DNA of 64,000 nucleotides from an uncultured bacterium. GTDB taxonomy: Bacteria > Acidobacteriota > HRBIN11 > JAKEFK01. Below, piece after piece: positions 1 to 9,632 of this stretch. The translations under genes and the position numbers were made by a program. The DNA lies in the NCBI GenBank assembly GCA_963777505.1, contig CAVZQN010000004.1, forward strand, positions 1,120,001 to 1,184,000, in the 5' to 3' direction. Numbering within the stretch: the first letter of the stretch is position 1; the number at the start of each line of letters is the position of its first letter. Below the pieces are notes generated by a model, which had not been told where the DNA came from, did not search any database, and saw nothing but the letters and a program-made list of their open reading frames with translations.

Positions 1-783
1 AATGCTGGGGACCCTGTTAAAGGCAGACAGATGCCAAACCACTATGCTTTCAAAGCTGGAAATTACACTTCAATTTCGAGTCCGGTTGGAACACAAATTC
101 CTCAAGCGGTGGGAGCTGCATGGGCCGCCAAAATAAAAAAAGAGCCAGTCGTTGTTCTGGTTTATTTTGGTGAAGGAGCTACCTCGGAAGGAGATTTCCA
201 CGTAGGGATGAACTTTGCTGGAGTCTTCAAAACGCCTTGTATTCTTGTTTGTAGAAACAATGGATATGCGATCTCAGTCCCGCGATCCCGCCAAACAGCT
301 TCCGAATCCATTGCCGTAAAAGCGAAAGCATACGGTTTTCCAGGAGTTCGTGTTGATGGAAACGACATTCTTGCTGTTATAAAAGCAACTCAGGATGCTG
401 CAAATCGCGCACGATCCGGCGAAGGGCCTACATTGATCGAAGCTGTGACATACAGGCAGGGCGCACATTCTTCAAGCGATGATCCACGAGCGTATCGTCC
501 AGATGATGAACATGAAAAGTTATTACAAACAGATCCGATCGTCCGTTTTAGAAAATATCTAGAAGAAAAGAAATTGTGGAATGCATCACAGGATGAAGCT
601 TTGCAACAAGAAATTAATAAAGAAATCTTAACCGCCATTGAAGAAGCTGAAAAGCATGGAGTTCCTCCAGTCGAAAGTTTATTTGATGACGTATTTGCAG
701 AGCTCACCCCAAACTTGAAAGAACAGAAAGAATATTTGCTTGATTATCGGAAGCGCAACCCGCATGGAGCGGAGGTGGAATAA
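1..783 (+). CDS. 2-oxoacid (pyruvate/branched-chain) dehydrogenase E1 alpha subunit, 5'-truncated by window edge
   Basis: Frame open from base 1 ([14 protein letters not shown]); TPP motif [11 protein letters not shown]...NN; [12 protein letters not shown] loop typical of PdhA/BkdA. Confidence 0.95.
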   Translation, partial: NAGDPVKGRQMPNHYAFKAGNYTSISSPVGTQIPQAVGAAWAAKIKKEPVVVLVYFGEGATSEGDFHVGMNFAGVFKTPCILVCRNNGYAISVPRSRQTASESIAVKAKAYGFPGVRVDGNDILAVIKATQDAANRARSGEGPTLIEAVTYRQGAHSSSDDPRAYRPDDEHEKLLQTDPIVRFRKYLEEKKLWNASQDEALQQEINKEILTAIEEAEKHGVPPVESLFDDVFAELTPNLKEQKEYLLDYRKRNPHGAEVE

Positions 784-1762
784 TGCCTGTAATGAATATG
801 ATTGGTGCGCTAAATGAAGCTTTAAAAATTGAAATGCGACGTGATCCGCGTGTCGTCCTTCTTGGTGAGGATGTCGGAAAGCTCGGCGGAGTATTTCGTG
901 TATCGTTGGATTTGCTGAAAGAATTTGGGCGAAGATCGTGTCATTGATACGCCTTTAGCTGAGGCGGGAATTATTGGCGCTGCGATTGGAATGGCGCTTT
1001 ATGGCTTGCGGCCGGTTCCAGAAATTCAATTCTCAGATTTTATTTTTCCTGCATACGATCAAATCGTAAATGAGCTTGCGAAATACAGATACCGAAGCGG
1101 CGGTCAATATAGTTGTCCCGCTTACAATTCGTACTCCTGTCGGTGGAGGAATTCGTGGAGGACATTACCACAGTCAAAGTCCGGAATCGCTTTTTATTCA
1201 CGTTGCAGGTTTGAAAGTGGTGATCCCTTCAAATCCTTATGATGCGAAAGGGATGTTGCTTTCAGCGATTCGTGATGAAGATCCAGTTTTATTTATGGAG
1301 CCGAAAAGAATTTATCGCGCTTCAAAAGGTGAGGTACCTGAGGGCGATTATACAGTTCCAATCGGAAAAGCTGCAGTCTTACGCGAAGGATCAGATGTTA
1401 CTTTAATTTCGTATGGAGCCATGGTTCATACAGTGCTTGAGGCGGCTGAAGCAATTCAAAGTGCAGGCGGAGCTTCGTGTGAAATTATCGATCTCCGTTC
1501 GTTAATGCCGTTGGATTCTGAAACGATGATCAATTCTGTGCAAAAAACTGGCCGCGTTGTTGTTGTTCATGAAGCTCCAAAGACCTGTGGTTTTGGTGCA
1601 GAGTTAATTGCGCAGATTAATGAGAAAGCATTCTTGCATTTGCAAGCTCCACCGGTCCGCGTTACAGGCTTTGATACTCCGTTTCCTTATACACTTGAAC
1701 ATGAATATCTTCCTGATGTTGGAAGAATTCGTGAAGCAGTTGAACACGTAACTAGTTTCTAA
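783..1762 (+). CDS. 2-oxoacid dehydrogenase E1 beta subunit (two +1 frameshifts at ~927 and ~1118, probably sequencing errors)
   Basis: ATG at 783 overlaps the alpha stop (TAATG); [19 protein letters not shown], then [16 protein letters not shown] (ORF 925), then [14 protein letters not shown] (ORF 1070); each junction has one extra base in a GGG or CCC run. Confidence 0.92.
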
Positions 1763-1764
1763 TT

Positions 1765-1847
1765 CAGATGCGTGATGCGACATACACGATGTGGGAAAAA
1801 GAACCAAAGTCCCATGTCGCGCATTTCGCATCGCACATCCCGTATCG
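1765..1847. repeat. Heptamer tandem array forming an imperfect inverted repeat
   Basis: gatgcgt gatgcga catacac gatgtgg ... cccatgt cgcgcat ttcgcat cgcacat cccgtat. Confidence 0.75.
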
Positions 1848-1856
1848 AGGTTGAAG

Positions 1857-3089
1857 ATGGCTTTTGAATTCAAGATGCCTGACATTGGTGAAGGTGTTGT
1901 AGAAGGCGAAATTGTTAAGTGGCATGTGAAGCCTGGCCAGAGTGTGAAAGAAGATGATCCACTGGTAGAAGTAATGACAGATAAAGCCACGGTGATGATC
2001 CCTTCACCACGGAAAGGAAAGATTTTGGAGACACGTGGTGATGAAGGCGGCATTATCAAAGTCGGCGCTGTACTGTTAACACTCGATACCGGAGACGGAA
2101 AAGCCGTTGCACCCGAAAAGGCTGCTGCAAAACCTGAACCTGCACCACCGCAAGCTGAAAAGAAAGTCGTCAGTGAAGCCACCACAGAACCATCCAAAGG
2201 CCGTGCGCTTGCAACACCCGCATTACGAAAAATGGCTCAGGATATGGGGATTGATATTAATACCGTAACAGGAAGCGGTCCTGGCGGAAGAATCACTCGG
2301 GAAGATATTGTCAATTATTCAAGCCCAGCAAAAGCAAAAACCCCTATTCCTTTTGTTCCTTCAAGGACTCCTTCGGCACCAGGGGAAGAAAAGGTTGAGG
2401 AAATTCCATTTCGCGGGCTGCGTAAGAAAGTTGCAGAAAAAATGGTTGAATCCAAAACACATGCGGTTCATTACACATATGTTGATGAAATCGACATGAG
2501 TGAACTTGTGAAACTTCGGAATTCTGCAAAAGATCTCGCTTCTGAGCGGGGAATCAAACTCACTTACCTGCCGTTCATCATGAAAGCGCTTGTCGAAGGA
2601 TTAAAAAAATATCCGATGTTAAATGCATCGTTGGATGAAAAAGCAGGCAAGATCCTGATCAAACATTACTTTCATCTCGGCATTGGAGTCGCGACTCCCG
2701 ATGGGCTTACAGTGGTTGTTGTTAAACATGCTGATCAGAAAAGTCTCTTTGAGCTTGCGCAAGAAGTAGACAGGCTTAGCGAAGCAGCACGTCAAAATAA
2801 AGTAGCTCTGGAAGACCTGAAGGGAAGCACATTTACGATTACAAGTTTAGGAACGATGGGTGGAATGTTTGCAACACCTGTCATCAATTATCCTGAAGTT
2901 GCAATCGTAGGGATCCACAAAATTGAGAAACGTCCTGTAGTTCATGAAAACCAGATCGTCATTCGCGACAGAATGTACATGAGTCTGTCTTTTGATCATC
3001 GTGTTGTCGATGGTGCTGTTGGCGCTGAGTTTACGCAGTACGTAAAAAACTTTCTTGAAAATCCGGCTTTGATGTTTATTCAGTTTTAG
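1857..3089 (+). CDS. Dihydrolipoamide acyltransferase (E2) with a single lipoyl domain
   Basis: MAFEFKMPDIGEG..EVMTDKA lipoyl motif, E3-binding domain (ATPALRKMA..GSGPGGRIT), catalytic DHRVVDG; start placed at ATG 1857 after the repeat. Confidence 0.95.
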   Translation: MAFEFKMPDIGEGVVEGEIVKWHVKPGQSVKEDDPLVEVMTDKATVMIPSPRKGKILETRGDEGGIIKVGAVLLTLDTGDGKAVAPEKAAAKPEPAPPQAEKKVVSEATTEPSKGRALATPALRKMAQDMGIDINTVTGSGPGGRITREDIVNYSSPAKAKTPIPFVPSRTPSAPGEEKVEEIPFRGLRKKVAEKMVESKTHAVHYTYVDEIDMSELVKLRNSAKDLASERGIKLTYLPFIMKALVEGLKKYPMLNASLDEKAGKILIKHYFHLGIGVATPDGLTVVVVKHADQKSLFELAQEVDRLSEAARQNKVALEDLKGSTFTITSLGTMGGMFATPVINYPEVAIVGIHKIEKRPVVHENQIVIRDRMYMSLSFDHRVVDGAVGAEFTQYVKNFLENPALMFIQF

Positions 3090-3096
3090 TCTTCAT

Positions 3097-4161
3097 ATGG
3101 TTCAGGTACTCAATCAATCCACTCCGTCAAAACAACTTGACAAGCCTGATGTAATACGACTCTACAGCGAGATGCTGAAGCTTCGGTTGTTGGATCAAAG
3201 GATGTTGACTCTTCAAAGACAAGGTCGCATCGGATTTTATGGAACTGCAACCGGTGAAGAAGCTGCAGTTATTGGAAGCGCATTTGCATTAAAAAAAGAT
3301 GATTGGATTTTCCCTGCACTGCGGCAGGGAGGTGCAGCTCTTCTTCGCGGTTATCCGTTGGTTGAATACATTTCACAATGTATGGGGAATGTTGCAGATA
3401 AGACGAAAGGTCGCCAGATGCCGAGTCATTATTGTTCACGTCCTGCCAATTTTGTGAGCTGGTCAAGCTGTATCGGTACCCAGATCCCTCACGCAGTGGG
3501 TGCCGCATGGGCAATGAAGATACAAGGACATAAGAATGTAGCGGTTGGATATATGGGTGATGGCGCCACATCACAAGGTGATTTTCATGTGGCAATGAAC
3601 TTTGCAGGCGTCTTCAAAGTTCCAGTTGTATTCTTTTGCCAAAACAATCAGTGGTCGATTTCTGTAAACATCAAACAACAGACTGCATCGGAAACGATTG
3701 CGATGAAGGCCGAAGCATATGGATTTAGCGGTATAACAGTTGATGGCAACGACGCACTCATTGTATATTCCGCGATGCACGATGCTGTCGAAAAAGCCCG
3801 GGCCGGAGAAGGACCTCAATTTGTAGAAGCAATTACATATCGAATGGGCGCTCATTCATCTTCTGATGATCCGCGTCTTTACAGAGAAGATTCGGAAGTC
3901 GAAGAATGGAAACGTAAAGATCCAGTCACTCGCATGTTGAAGTATCTGGAGCAGCAAGGTTTTTGGAGCGCTGCCGAACAGGAAGCTTTAGAAGAAAAAT
4001 TGAATCAAGAAATTCTCGATGCTGTCGCAGAAGCGGAGAAAATTGGCCCGCCACCCGTTGAAACTTTGTTTGAAGATGTATATTCAGTAGAGTTACCGCA
4101 TCTTAAAGAACAAAAGATGAGCTACATGGCTTTAAAAGGTAAAACTGAACGAAAAGGATAA
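3097..4161 (+). CDS. 2-oxoacid dehydrogenase E1 alpha subunit (second paralog)
   Basis: QRQGRIGFY, GDGATSQGDFH...NN TPP motif, [12 protein letters not shown]. Confidence 0.95.
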   Translation: MVQVLNQSTPSKQLDKPDVIRLYSEMLKLRLLDQRMLTLQRQGRIGFYGTATGEEAAVIGSAFALKKDDWIFPALRQGGAALLRGYPLVEYISQCMGNVADKTKGRQMPSHYCSRPANFVSWSSCIGTQIPHAVGAAWAMKIQGHKNVAVGYMGDGATSQGDFHVAMNFAGVFKVPVVFFCQNNQWSISVNIKQQTASETIAMKAEAYGFSGITVDGNDALIVYSAMHDAVEKARAGEGPQFVEAITYRMGAHSSSDDPRLYREDSEVEEWKRKDPVTRMLKYLEQQGFWSAAEQEALEEKLNQEILDAVAEAEKIGPPPVETLFEDVYSVELPHLKEQKMSYMALKGKTERKG

Positions 4162-4163
4162 AT

Positions 4164-5567
4164 ATGGCACAGAAAGAATGTGATGCACTTGTAATTGGCG
4201 CAGGACCAGGCGGGTATGTTTGCGCGATCCGTTTGGGACAATTAAAACAAAAAGTAATTCTTGTTGAGAAAGTATGGATCGGTGGAACATGTCTTCATGT
4301 TGGTTGTATTCCATCGAAGGCTCTTATTACCGCAGCAAAATATTTTGAAAAGCTGCATCATCTCTCAGATTGGGGAATTAATGTTTCGGGAGCCACGATC
4401 GATTTTGGGAAAATGGTTCAATGGGAAAAATCAATCATCGAAAAATTTACAGGCGGGATCCGCCAGCTATTAAAAGCGAATAATGTTGAAACGATAATGG
4501 GAACGGCCCATTTTGTTTCTCCAAACGAGGTAGAGGTTGTCAACGGCGACGAAACGACAACGATTAAAGCTAAAAATGTCGTTATTGCAACGGGTTCTGT
4601 TCCTTCCGGAATTCCTCCATTTCCATTTGATGGCGAACGAGTCATCAGCTCTACAGAAGCTCTTGTGCTTCCAGAAATTCCAAAACGCTTGTTTGTAGTG
4701 GGCGGCGGTTACATCGGATTGGAAATGGGGATCATGTATGCGCATCTTGGATCGAAGGTAACTGTCGTTGAAATGATGGATCAGTTACTTCCTGGTTTCG
4801 ATGCGGAGCTTGTTCGTACACTGACTCGAAGTATGCGTGCAAAAGGGATTGAATACTTTGTCAACGCAAAAGCTAAAAGTTTTGAAGGAACTGTAGGAAA
4901 CTTAAAAGCAGTTGTTGAAATTGAAGGTCAGGATCGTGTGTTTGAAACGGATCGAATTCTGGTTACTGTAGGGCGCAAGCCAAATACTTCAGGTCTTGAA
5001 ATTGAGAAAGCTGGAATCAAAACAGATCAACGTGGTTTTGTTCCGGTAAATAATAAATGTCAGACTTCAGTTCCAAGTATTTATGCAATCGGTGATGTGA
5101 TTGGAAATCCTATGCTTGCGCATAAAGCTTCGAAAGAAGGAGAAGTTGTTGCAGAAATCATAGCAGGACACAATCGGGTGGTGGATTATCTGGCAATGCC
5201 AGCTGTGATTTTCACTGAACCTGAAATTGCAACAGTTGGGCTTTCGGAATCGGAAGCAAAAGAGAAGGGCTATGATGCAGTGAGCGGAAAATTTCCATTT
5301 GCTGCTCTAGCGCGTGCAATGACTCAAGGATCGACTGAGGGTTACGTTAAAGTCATTTTTGATAAGGAAAGCAAGCAGGTTCTTGGGTTTCATATCATTG
5401 GTTCGGGAGCTTCCGATCTCATTGGTGAAGCTGCGCTTGCGATTGAGATGGGATCCAGTGTGGAAGACATCGCGCTCACAGTTCATCCTCATCCAACATT
5501 GACGGAATCATTGATGGAAGCGGCAAAAGCTGCTTTAGGTGAAGCCATCCATATTGTGAACCGGTAA
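4164..5567 (+). CDS. lpdA: Dihydrolipoyl dehydrogenase (E3)
   Basis: GAGPGG FAD motif, GGTCLHVGCIPSK redox disulfide, GGGYIG NAD motif, HPHPTLTE. Confidence 0.97.
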   Translation: MAQKECDALVIGAGPGGYVCAIRLGQLKQKVILVEKVWIGGTCLHVGCIPSKALITAAKYFEKLHHLSDWGINVSGATIDFGKMVQWEKSIIEKFTGGIRQLLKANNVETIMGTAHFVSPNEVEVVNGDETTTIKAKNVVIATGSVPSGIPPFPFDGERVISSTEALVLPEIPKRLFVVGGGYIGLEMGIMYAHLGSKVTVVEMMDQLLPGFDAELVRTLTRSMRAKGIEYFVNAKAKSFEGTVGNLKAVVEIEGQDRVFETDRILVTVGRKPNTSGLEIEKAGIKTDQRGFVPVNNKCQTSVPSIYAIGDVIGNPMLAHKASKEGEVVAEIIAGHNRVVDYLAMPAVIFTEPEIATVGLSESEAKEKGYDAVSGKFPFAALARAMTQGSTEGYVKVIFDKESKQVLGFHIIGSGASDLIGEAALAIEMGSSVEDIALTVHPHPTLTESLMEAAKAALGEAIHIVNR

Positions 5568-5568
5568 A

Positions 5569-5625
5569 GGGACCGCAGGCAGTCTTGCCTGCACTACGGG
5601 ATCGCGCGGACTTCCAGCTGCCGCA
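5569..5625 (+). repeat. REP-like doublet (family A, GGGACCGCAG.../GGGATCGC...)
   Basis: gggaccgcaggcagtcttgcctgcac tac gggatcgcgcgg..ccgca; homologous to 18012-18063 and 29422-29474. Confidence 0.7.
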
Positions 5626-5631
5626 TACACT

Positions 5632-6588
5632 ATGCAAAAACAACAGTACATAGATCTGCTTTTTTACATGAAGCAGACCCGTCGTCTTGAAGAAAAGCTT
5701 GTTGAGTTATACAAACAAGGCAAGATTTTCGGCGGACTTTACAGCAGCTTGGGCCAGGAAGCAATTTCCGTAGGAACTACATATGCATTAGGTCCAGATG
5801 ATGTTGTTGCGCCAGTCATTCGTAACATTGCAACGATTCTTATCAAGGGTTACACCCCTAAAGAAATGTTTTGCCAGTATCTCGCGCGTGTGGATAGTCC
5901 AACTCGTGGAAAAGATACGACTCTGCATTTTGGTGAGATACAACGCGGCACAGTTGCGCCGATCAGCATTATAGGTCCGCAAGTTCCGATCATGGCTGGA
6001 GTGGCTCTTGCCGGAAAAATGAGTGGTAAGAAAATGGTAACACTTACCTACATTGGCGATGGTGGAACATCAACTGGTGATTTTCACGAAGGATTAAATT
6101 TCGCTTCTGTTCAACACCTTCCTTTCATTCTGGTCATTGAAAATAATCAATATGCATATTCAACTCCAGTAAATAAACAATCCAATCTAAAAAATCTTGT
6201 CGATCGTGCAGCCGGATACAACATTCCCTCCGCTTTGGTAGATGGAAATGATGTCATCGCAGTCTATGAGGAAACACTACGGGCCAGAGAAATTTGTCTT
6301 GATGGAAACGGCCCATTTCTGATGGAATGTTTGACTTTCAGGCGCAAGGGACATGCTGAACATGATGACGCGCGATATGTACCGAAAGAAGTTTTACAAG
6401 AATGGATCGAAAAGGATCCCGTCGTAAGTTATACGAAATTTTTGTTGAGTCAAAAAATCATAAAAGATTCGGAAATTATCGAAATGGAAGAAGGGATTGA
6501 AGTTGAACTGGAGCAAGCACGAAAGGAAGCTCTGGAATCCCCATTCCCACCACCCGAAGATGCCTCCCGCGGTGTCTTTGCAGAATAA
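5632..6588 (+). CDS. TPP-dependent dehydrogenase E1 alpha subunit (third, divergent paralog)
   Basis: GQEA, GDGGTSTGDFHEGLN..ENN, RRKGHAEHDD. Confidence 0.93.
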   Translation: MQKQQYIDLLFYMKQTRRLEEKLVELYKQGKIFGGLYSSLGQEAISVGTTYALGPDDVVAPVIRNIATILIKGYTPKEMFCQYLARVDSPTRGKDTTLHFGEIQRGTVAPISIIGPQVPIMAGVALAGKMSGKKMVTLTYIGDGGTSTGDFHEGLNFASVQHLPFILVIENNQYAYSTPVNKQSNLKNLVDRAAGYNIPSALVDGNDVIAVYEETLRAREICLDGNGPFLMECLTFRRKGHAEHDDARYVPKEVLQEWIEKDPVVSYTKFLLSQKIIKDSEIIEMEEGIEVELEQARKEALESPFPPPEDASRGVFAE

Positions 6589-6589
6589 T

Positions 6590-6609
6590 CTTTGTGCCTT
6601 TTGTGGTTA
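6590..6609. repeat. Short dispersed repeat, family B (CTCTGYG..CTCTGYGGT type)
   Basis: ctttgtgccttttgtggtta; similar copies at 8607, 38551, 53675 and reverse-complement copies elsewhere. Confidence 0.55.
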
Positions 6610-6610
6610 T

Positions 6611-8590
6611 TCATTGCAGTCCTTTCAATTCATCAACGACTCGAATCCTGTTTAAGTCACCTGCAGTCAGAGTAAAACTTTGCTGATGTCCGTTCGGGCG
6701 CAGTTTGCTTGGTGGCCAGATGACGCGAACGTTCAATTCTGTGCTTTGTCCTAGTCCGAAATGGAGAACACGTGAAGACTGGCTATAGTTGCCATTCGTT
6801 CCGGTAATAAAACGCCATATTGATTTTCCAGGTTGGTCCATCGGACGCACTTCCACGCGCGCGCCGATTGCATCCCGATTTGTAAAGTCTTTGCCGCCTC
6901 CAACTAATCTAAAACTGACCCATCGATTTGAGTTGTTTGTGCGATTCAAAAACAATTGATAAGGGCCGCGATTTGCGGGCAACAATCCCGCACCGTTCAG
7001 AATAAAAAGATCCTGCCGGCCATCTTTATTGAAGTCTGCAGTCAGACCGCTATCACCACGCCCGAATTGTTCGTATGGTCCTTGCGAAAGAGGATAGCTT
7101 TGAAATCTTCCATCCGTATTTATGAAGCAAACATGCGGTTGTTTCCCGGCGCCATTGAATCCGGCATTCACCTGAAAAAGATCCAGATCAGAATCATTAT
7201 CAAGATCAACCCAAAGTGCGCTTCGGCTATTAGAAGGATCTGATGTTTCGCTTTCGGATGTTCTATTCTGAAAATTTCCGGTTCCAGTGTTTATCAAAAG
7301 GACATTTGGAAAACGTGGTGCTGAAGGCTCCATGTTTGATGTATCAAGACTGCTTAAATCCGCTTCAGTTTCAAGTAGCGCACCCGACACAAGGGGCTCT
7401 CCACCGTTTCCAGTAGCTGTTGCAACAAACCATCGGTTTGTTGAAGGATCTCGCCACAGAAATGTGCCCCGTGCGCTGCCGTCATCACGCCACTGCTGTG
7501 GTTGTCCTTCTGCCGAAAAGAAACCAGGCCCTAGTATGAAATCAGTTTTGTTAGGATTCAGACCTTGAGCCCCAACAAATAGTCTTTGAATATCCAATCG
7601 ATTTTGGGAAAAGCGAACTCGGATCCGCGCTCCTGGAGTTGCTGTAAACGAAAGTAGATCAACGCGATCTGAGCCGGCGCGTGCAATTTGCATAAAATTC
7701 AAGCGATGCTTCGCTATCACTGCACCTTCAGCCAACGCGCCATCAGTTCCACGACTTAGATACAAATCAAGGGCGCCATCATTATTGATGTCTGCTGCGG
7801 CTGCAGACCAAACAGCTGTAACAAATGGAACATTGCGAGCAGATGTCTCATCGCGAAAGGTTCCGTCACCTTGATTGATCATCAGATAAGGACGGTTTTC
7901 TGTATTTGCAAAAAATACATCCATATCTTTGTCATTGTCAAAGTCTGCCGCAATCGCGCCACCTTCGCTATCAATAAAAAGACCAAGGCCGCTTGCTTCC
8001 GTTACATCAACAAAAGTCCCATCACCGTTGTTTTTGTAAATGCGGTTTGGAGCATCCAACCGTTTTTTGTTAACAACAAGAAGATCAAGGAATCCATCTT
8101 GATCGTAATCAAACCAGACTGCCATTCGGCCACGTCCCTTTAAATCAATAATTGAAGGAATCGAGACTTGCTGAAAAGGTAATCCGCGCCCAGGATTTAT
8201 GAAAAAATCATTTGCTTTATCTGCGGTTCCATTGTGAGCGCCACGCAGAAAATAAAGATCTTGATCTCCATCATTATCAAAATCAGCCATCGCAGGTGAA
8301 TGTCGATCTGCAAATCCAAGATCTAATAGATTCCGGGCTTCATGAAACGAACTTCCATTTTTATTGGTGAAGATGCTAGGAGGCAGTCCATGATTTGAAA
8401 TTAATAAATCGGGCCAGCCATCCTGATTTGCATCATAAACTGAAGCTCCAAAAGAGGAACTAATTCGTAAAATTCCAAAAGCCTCTGTAACGTTATCCAG
8501 AAGAACAGGCCCCAGTTGGAACATCAATCCTGCATCTAAAAGAAACGGAGAACCAAGAATGGCGAAAAAAACTGCAAATCGACGTCTCAT
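6611..8590 (-). CDS. Exported CRTAC1/ASPIC-UnbV family FG-GAP repeat protein
   Basis: Signal peptide; repeated DxDxDGxxDL Ca-binding motifs; C-terminal NRDAIGARV..SQSSRVLHFGLG ASPIC/UnbV motif. Confidence 0.9.
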   Translation of the reverse strand: MRRRFAVFFAILGSPFLLDAGLMFQLGPVLLDNVTEAFGILRISSSFGASVYDANQDGWPDLLISNHGLPPSIFTNKNGSSFHEARNLLDLGFADRHSPAMADFDNDGDQDLYFLRGAHNGTADKANDFFINPGRGLPFQQVSIPSIIDLKGRGRMAVWFDYDQDGFLDLLVVNKKRLDAPNRIYKNNGDGTFVDVTEASGLGLFIDSEGGAIAADFDNDKDMDVFFANTENRPYLMINQGDGTFRDETSARNVPFVTAVWSAAAADINNDGALDLYLSRGTDGALAEGAVIAKHRLNFMQIARAGSDRVDLLSFTATPGARIRVRFSQNRLDIQRLFVGAQGLNPNKTDFILGPGFFSAEGQPQQWRDDGSARGTFLWRDPSTNRWFVATATGNGGEPLVSGALLETEADLSSLDTSNMEPSAPRFPNVLLINTGTGNFQNRTSESETSDPSNSRSALWVDLDNDSDLDLFQVNAGFNGAGKQPHVCFINTDGRFQSYPLSQGPYEQFGRGDSGLTADFNKDGRQDLFILNGAGLLPANRGPYQLFLNRTNNSNRWVSFRLVGGGKDFTNRDAIGARVEVRPMDQPGKSIWRFITGTNGNYSQSSRVLHFGLGQSTELNVRVIWPPSKLRPNGHQQSFTLTAGDLNRIRVVDELKGLQ

Positions 8591-8606
8591 TTTGTTTCCA
8601 ATTCTA

Positions 8607-8625
8607 CTTTGTGTCTCTGCGGTTC
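8607..8625. repeat. Short dispersed repeat, family B
   Basis: ctttgtgtctctgcggttc, same orientation as 6590-6609. Confidence 0.6.
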
Positions 8626-8644
8626 CTGTTACAATTATTTCTTG

Positions 8645-9613
8645 ATGATAACTTACCTGGAAGCGATCCGTGAAGGACTACTGGAGGAGATGGAAGCAGA
8701 TCCCCGCGTCTTTATTTTAGGCGAGGATGTTGGCGCGTTCGGTGGCGCTTTTAAAGTGACTGCAGGCCTGCAGGAAAAATTCGGTGAAGGTCGAGTCATT
8801 GATACTCCTATTTCCGAATCCGCAATTGTAGGTGCTGCAATCGGCGCAGCACTTTACGGCATGCGGCCGGTTGCTGAAATGCAATTCATTGACTTTATTG
8901 CATGTGCTTTCGACATCCTCACCAATTACGCTGCAAAAGCGCATTATTGCTGGGGAGCAGCCATTCCAATTGTCGTCAGAGGACCATCCGGCGGCCTAAG
9001 CAATGCCGGCCCTTTTCATTCACAGAATGTCGAATCCTACTTCGTTCATACTGCCGGTCTTAAAGTTGTAGCGCCAGCAACAGCCGCAGACGCGAAAGGA
9101 CTAATTAAAGCTGCTATTCGGGACCCAAATCCGGTCTTGTTTTTTGAACACAAGTATCTATACAGACGCATAAAGGAAGAAATGCCAAAGGGCGATCATC
9201 TCGTTCCAATCGGAAAAGCAGAATTGAGGCGTGAAGGAAAGCATCTTTCTATTATTACGTATAGCGCAATGGTTCATGTGGCTTTAGAAGCAGCATCAAT
9301 GCTGGCAAAAGATGGGATTGAAGCGGAAGTTCTTGATTTGCGATCTCTTTCACCTTTGGATGAAACTGCAGTTTTGGAAACTGTAAAACGCACAAATAAA
9401 GCGATTGTGTTGCACGAAGCTCCGGGTTTTGGTGGATTCGGAGGAGAGATTGCAGCAATCATTGCGGAAAAAGCATTTGAATTTTTAGATGGACCTGTTG
9501 TGCGCGTAACATCGTTAAATACTCCAGTTCCTTTCAGCCCACCGCTTGAAAAAGCATTTGTGCCTGACGCGGAGAAGGTTTATCAGGCAGCACGGAAGCT
9601 CGTTGAATATTGA
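8645..9613 (+). CDS. 2-oxoacid dehydrogenase E1 beta subunit (second paralog)
   Basis: MITYLEAIREGL..GEDVG..DTPISE..EMQFIDF..GPFHSQ; start placed at ATG 8645. Confidence 0.94.
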   Translation: MITYLEAIREGLLEEMEADPRVFILGEDVGAFGGAFKVTAGLQEKFGEGRVIDTPISESAIVGAAIGAALYGMRPVAEMQFIDFIACAFDILTNYAAKAHYCWGAAIPIVVRGPSGGLSNAGPFHSQNVESYFVHTAGLKVVAPATAADAKGLIKAAIRDPNPVLFFEHKYLYRRIKEEMPKGDHLVPIGKAELRREGKHLSIITYSAMVHVALEAASMLAKDGIEAEVLDLRSLSPLDETAVLETVKRTNKAIVLHEAPGFGGFGGEIAAIIAEKAFEFLDGPVVRVTSLNTPVPFSPPLEKAFVPDAEKVYQAARKLVEY

Positions 9614-9632
9614 GAGAATAGAGGATAGAGGA

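Noticed and set aside
1791-1856. N-terminal extensions on E2a, and similarly on ORFs starting at 8609, 9546, 16304, 21685, 24871, 29536 and 48421
   Set aside because: The extensions translate intergenic repeats or overlap neighbouring genes; downstream starts match family N-termini
1604-2197. Long antisense ORFs (e.g. 1604-2197, 40535-40930, 55648-56169, 60638-60961)
   Set aside because: Shadow frames of well-supported genes on the opposite strand, with no protein motifs
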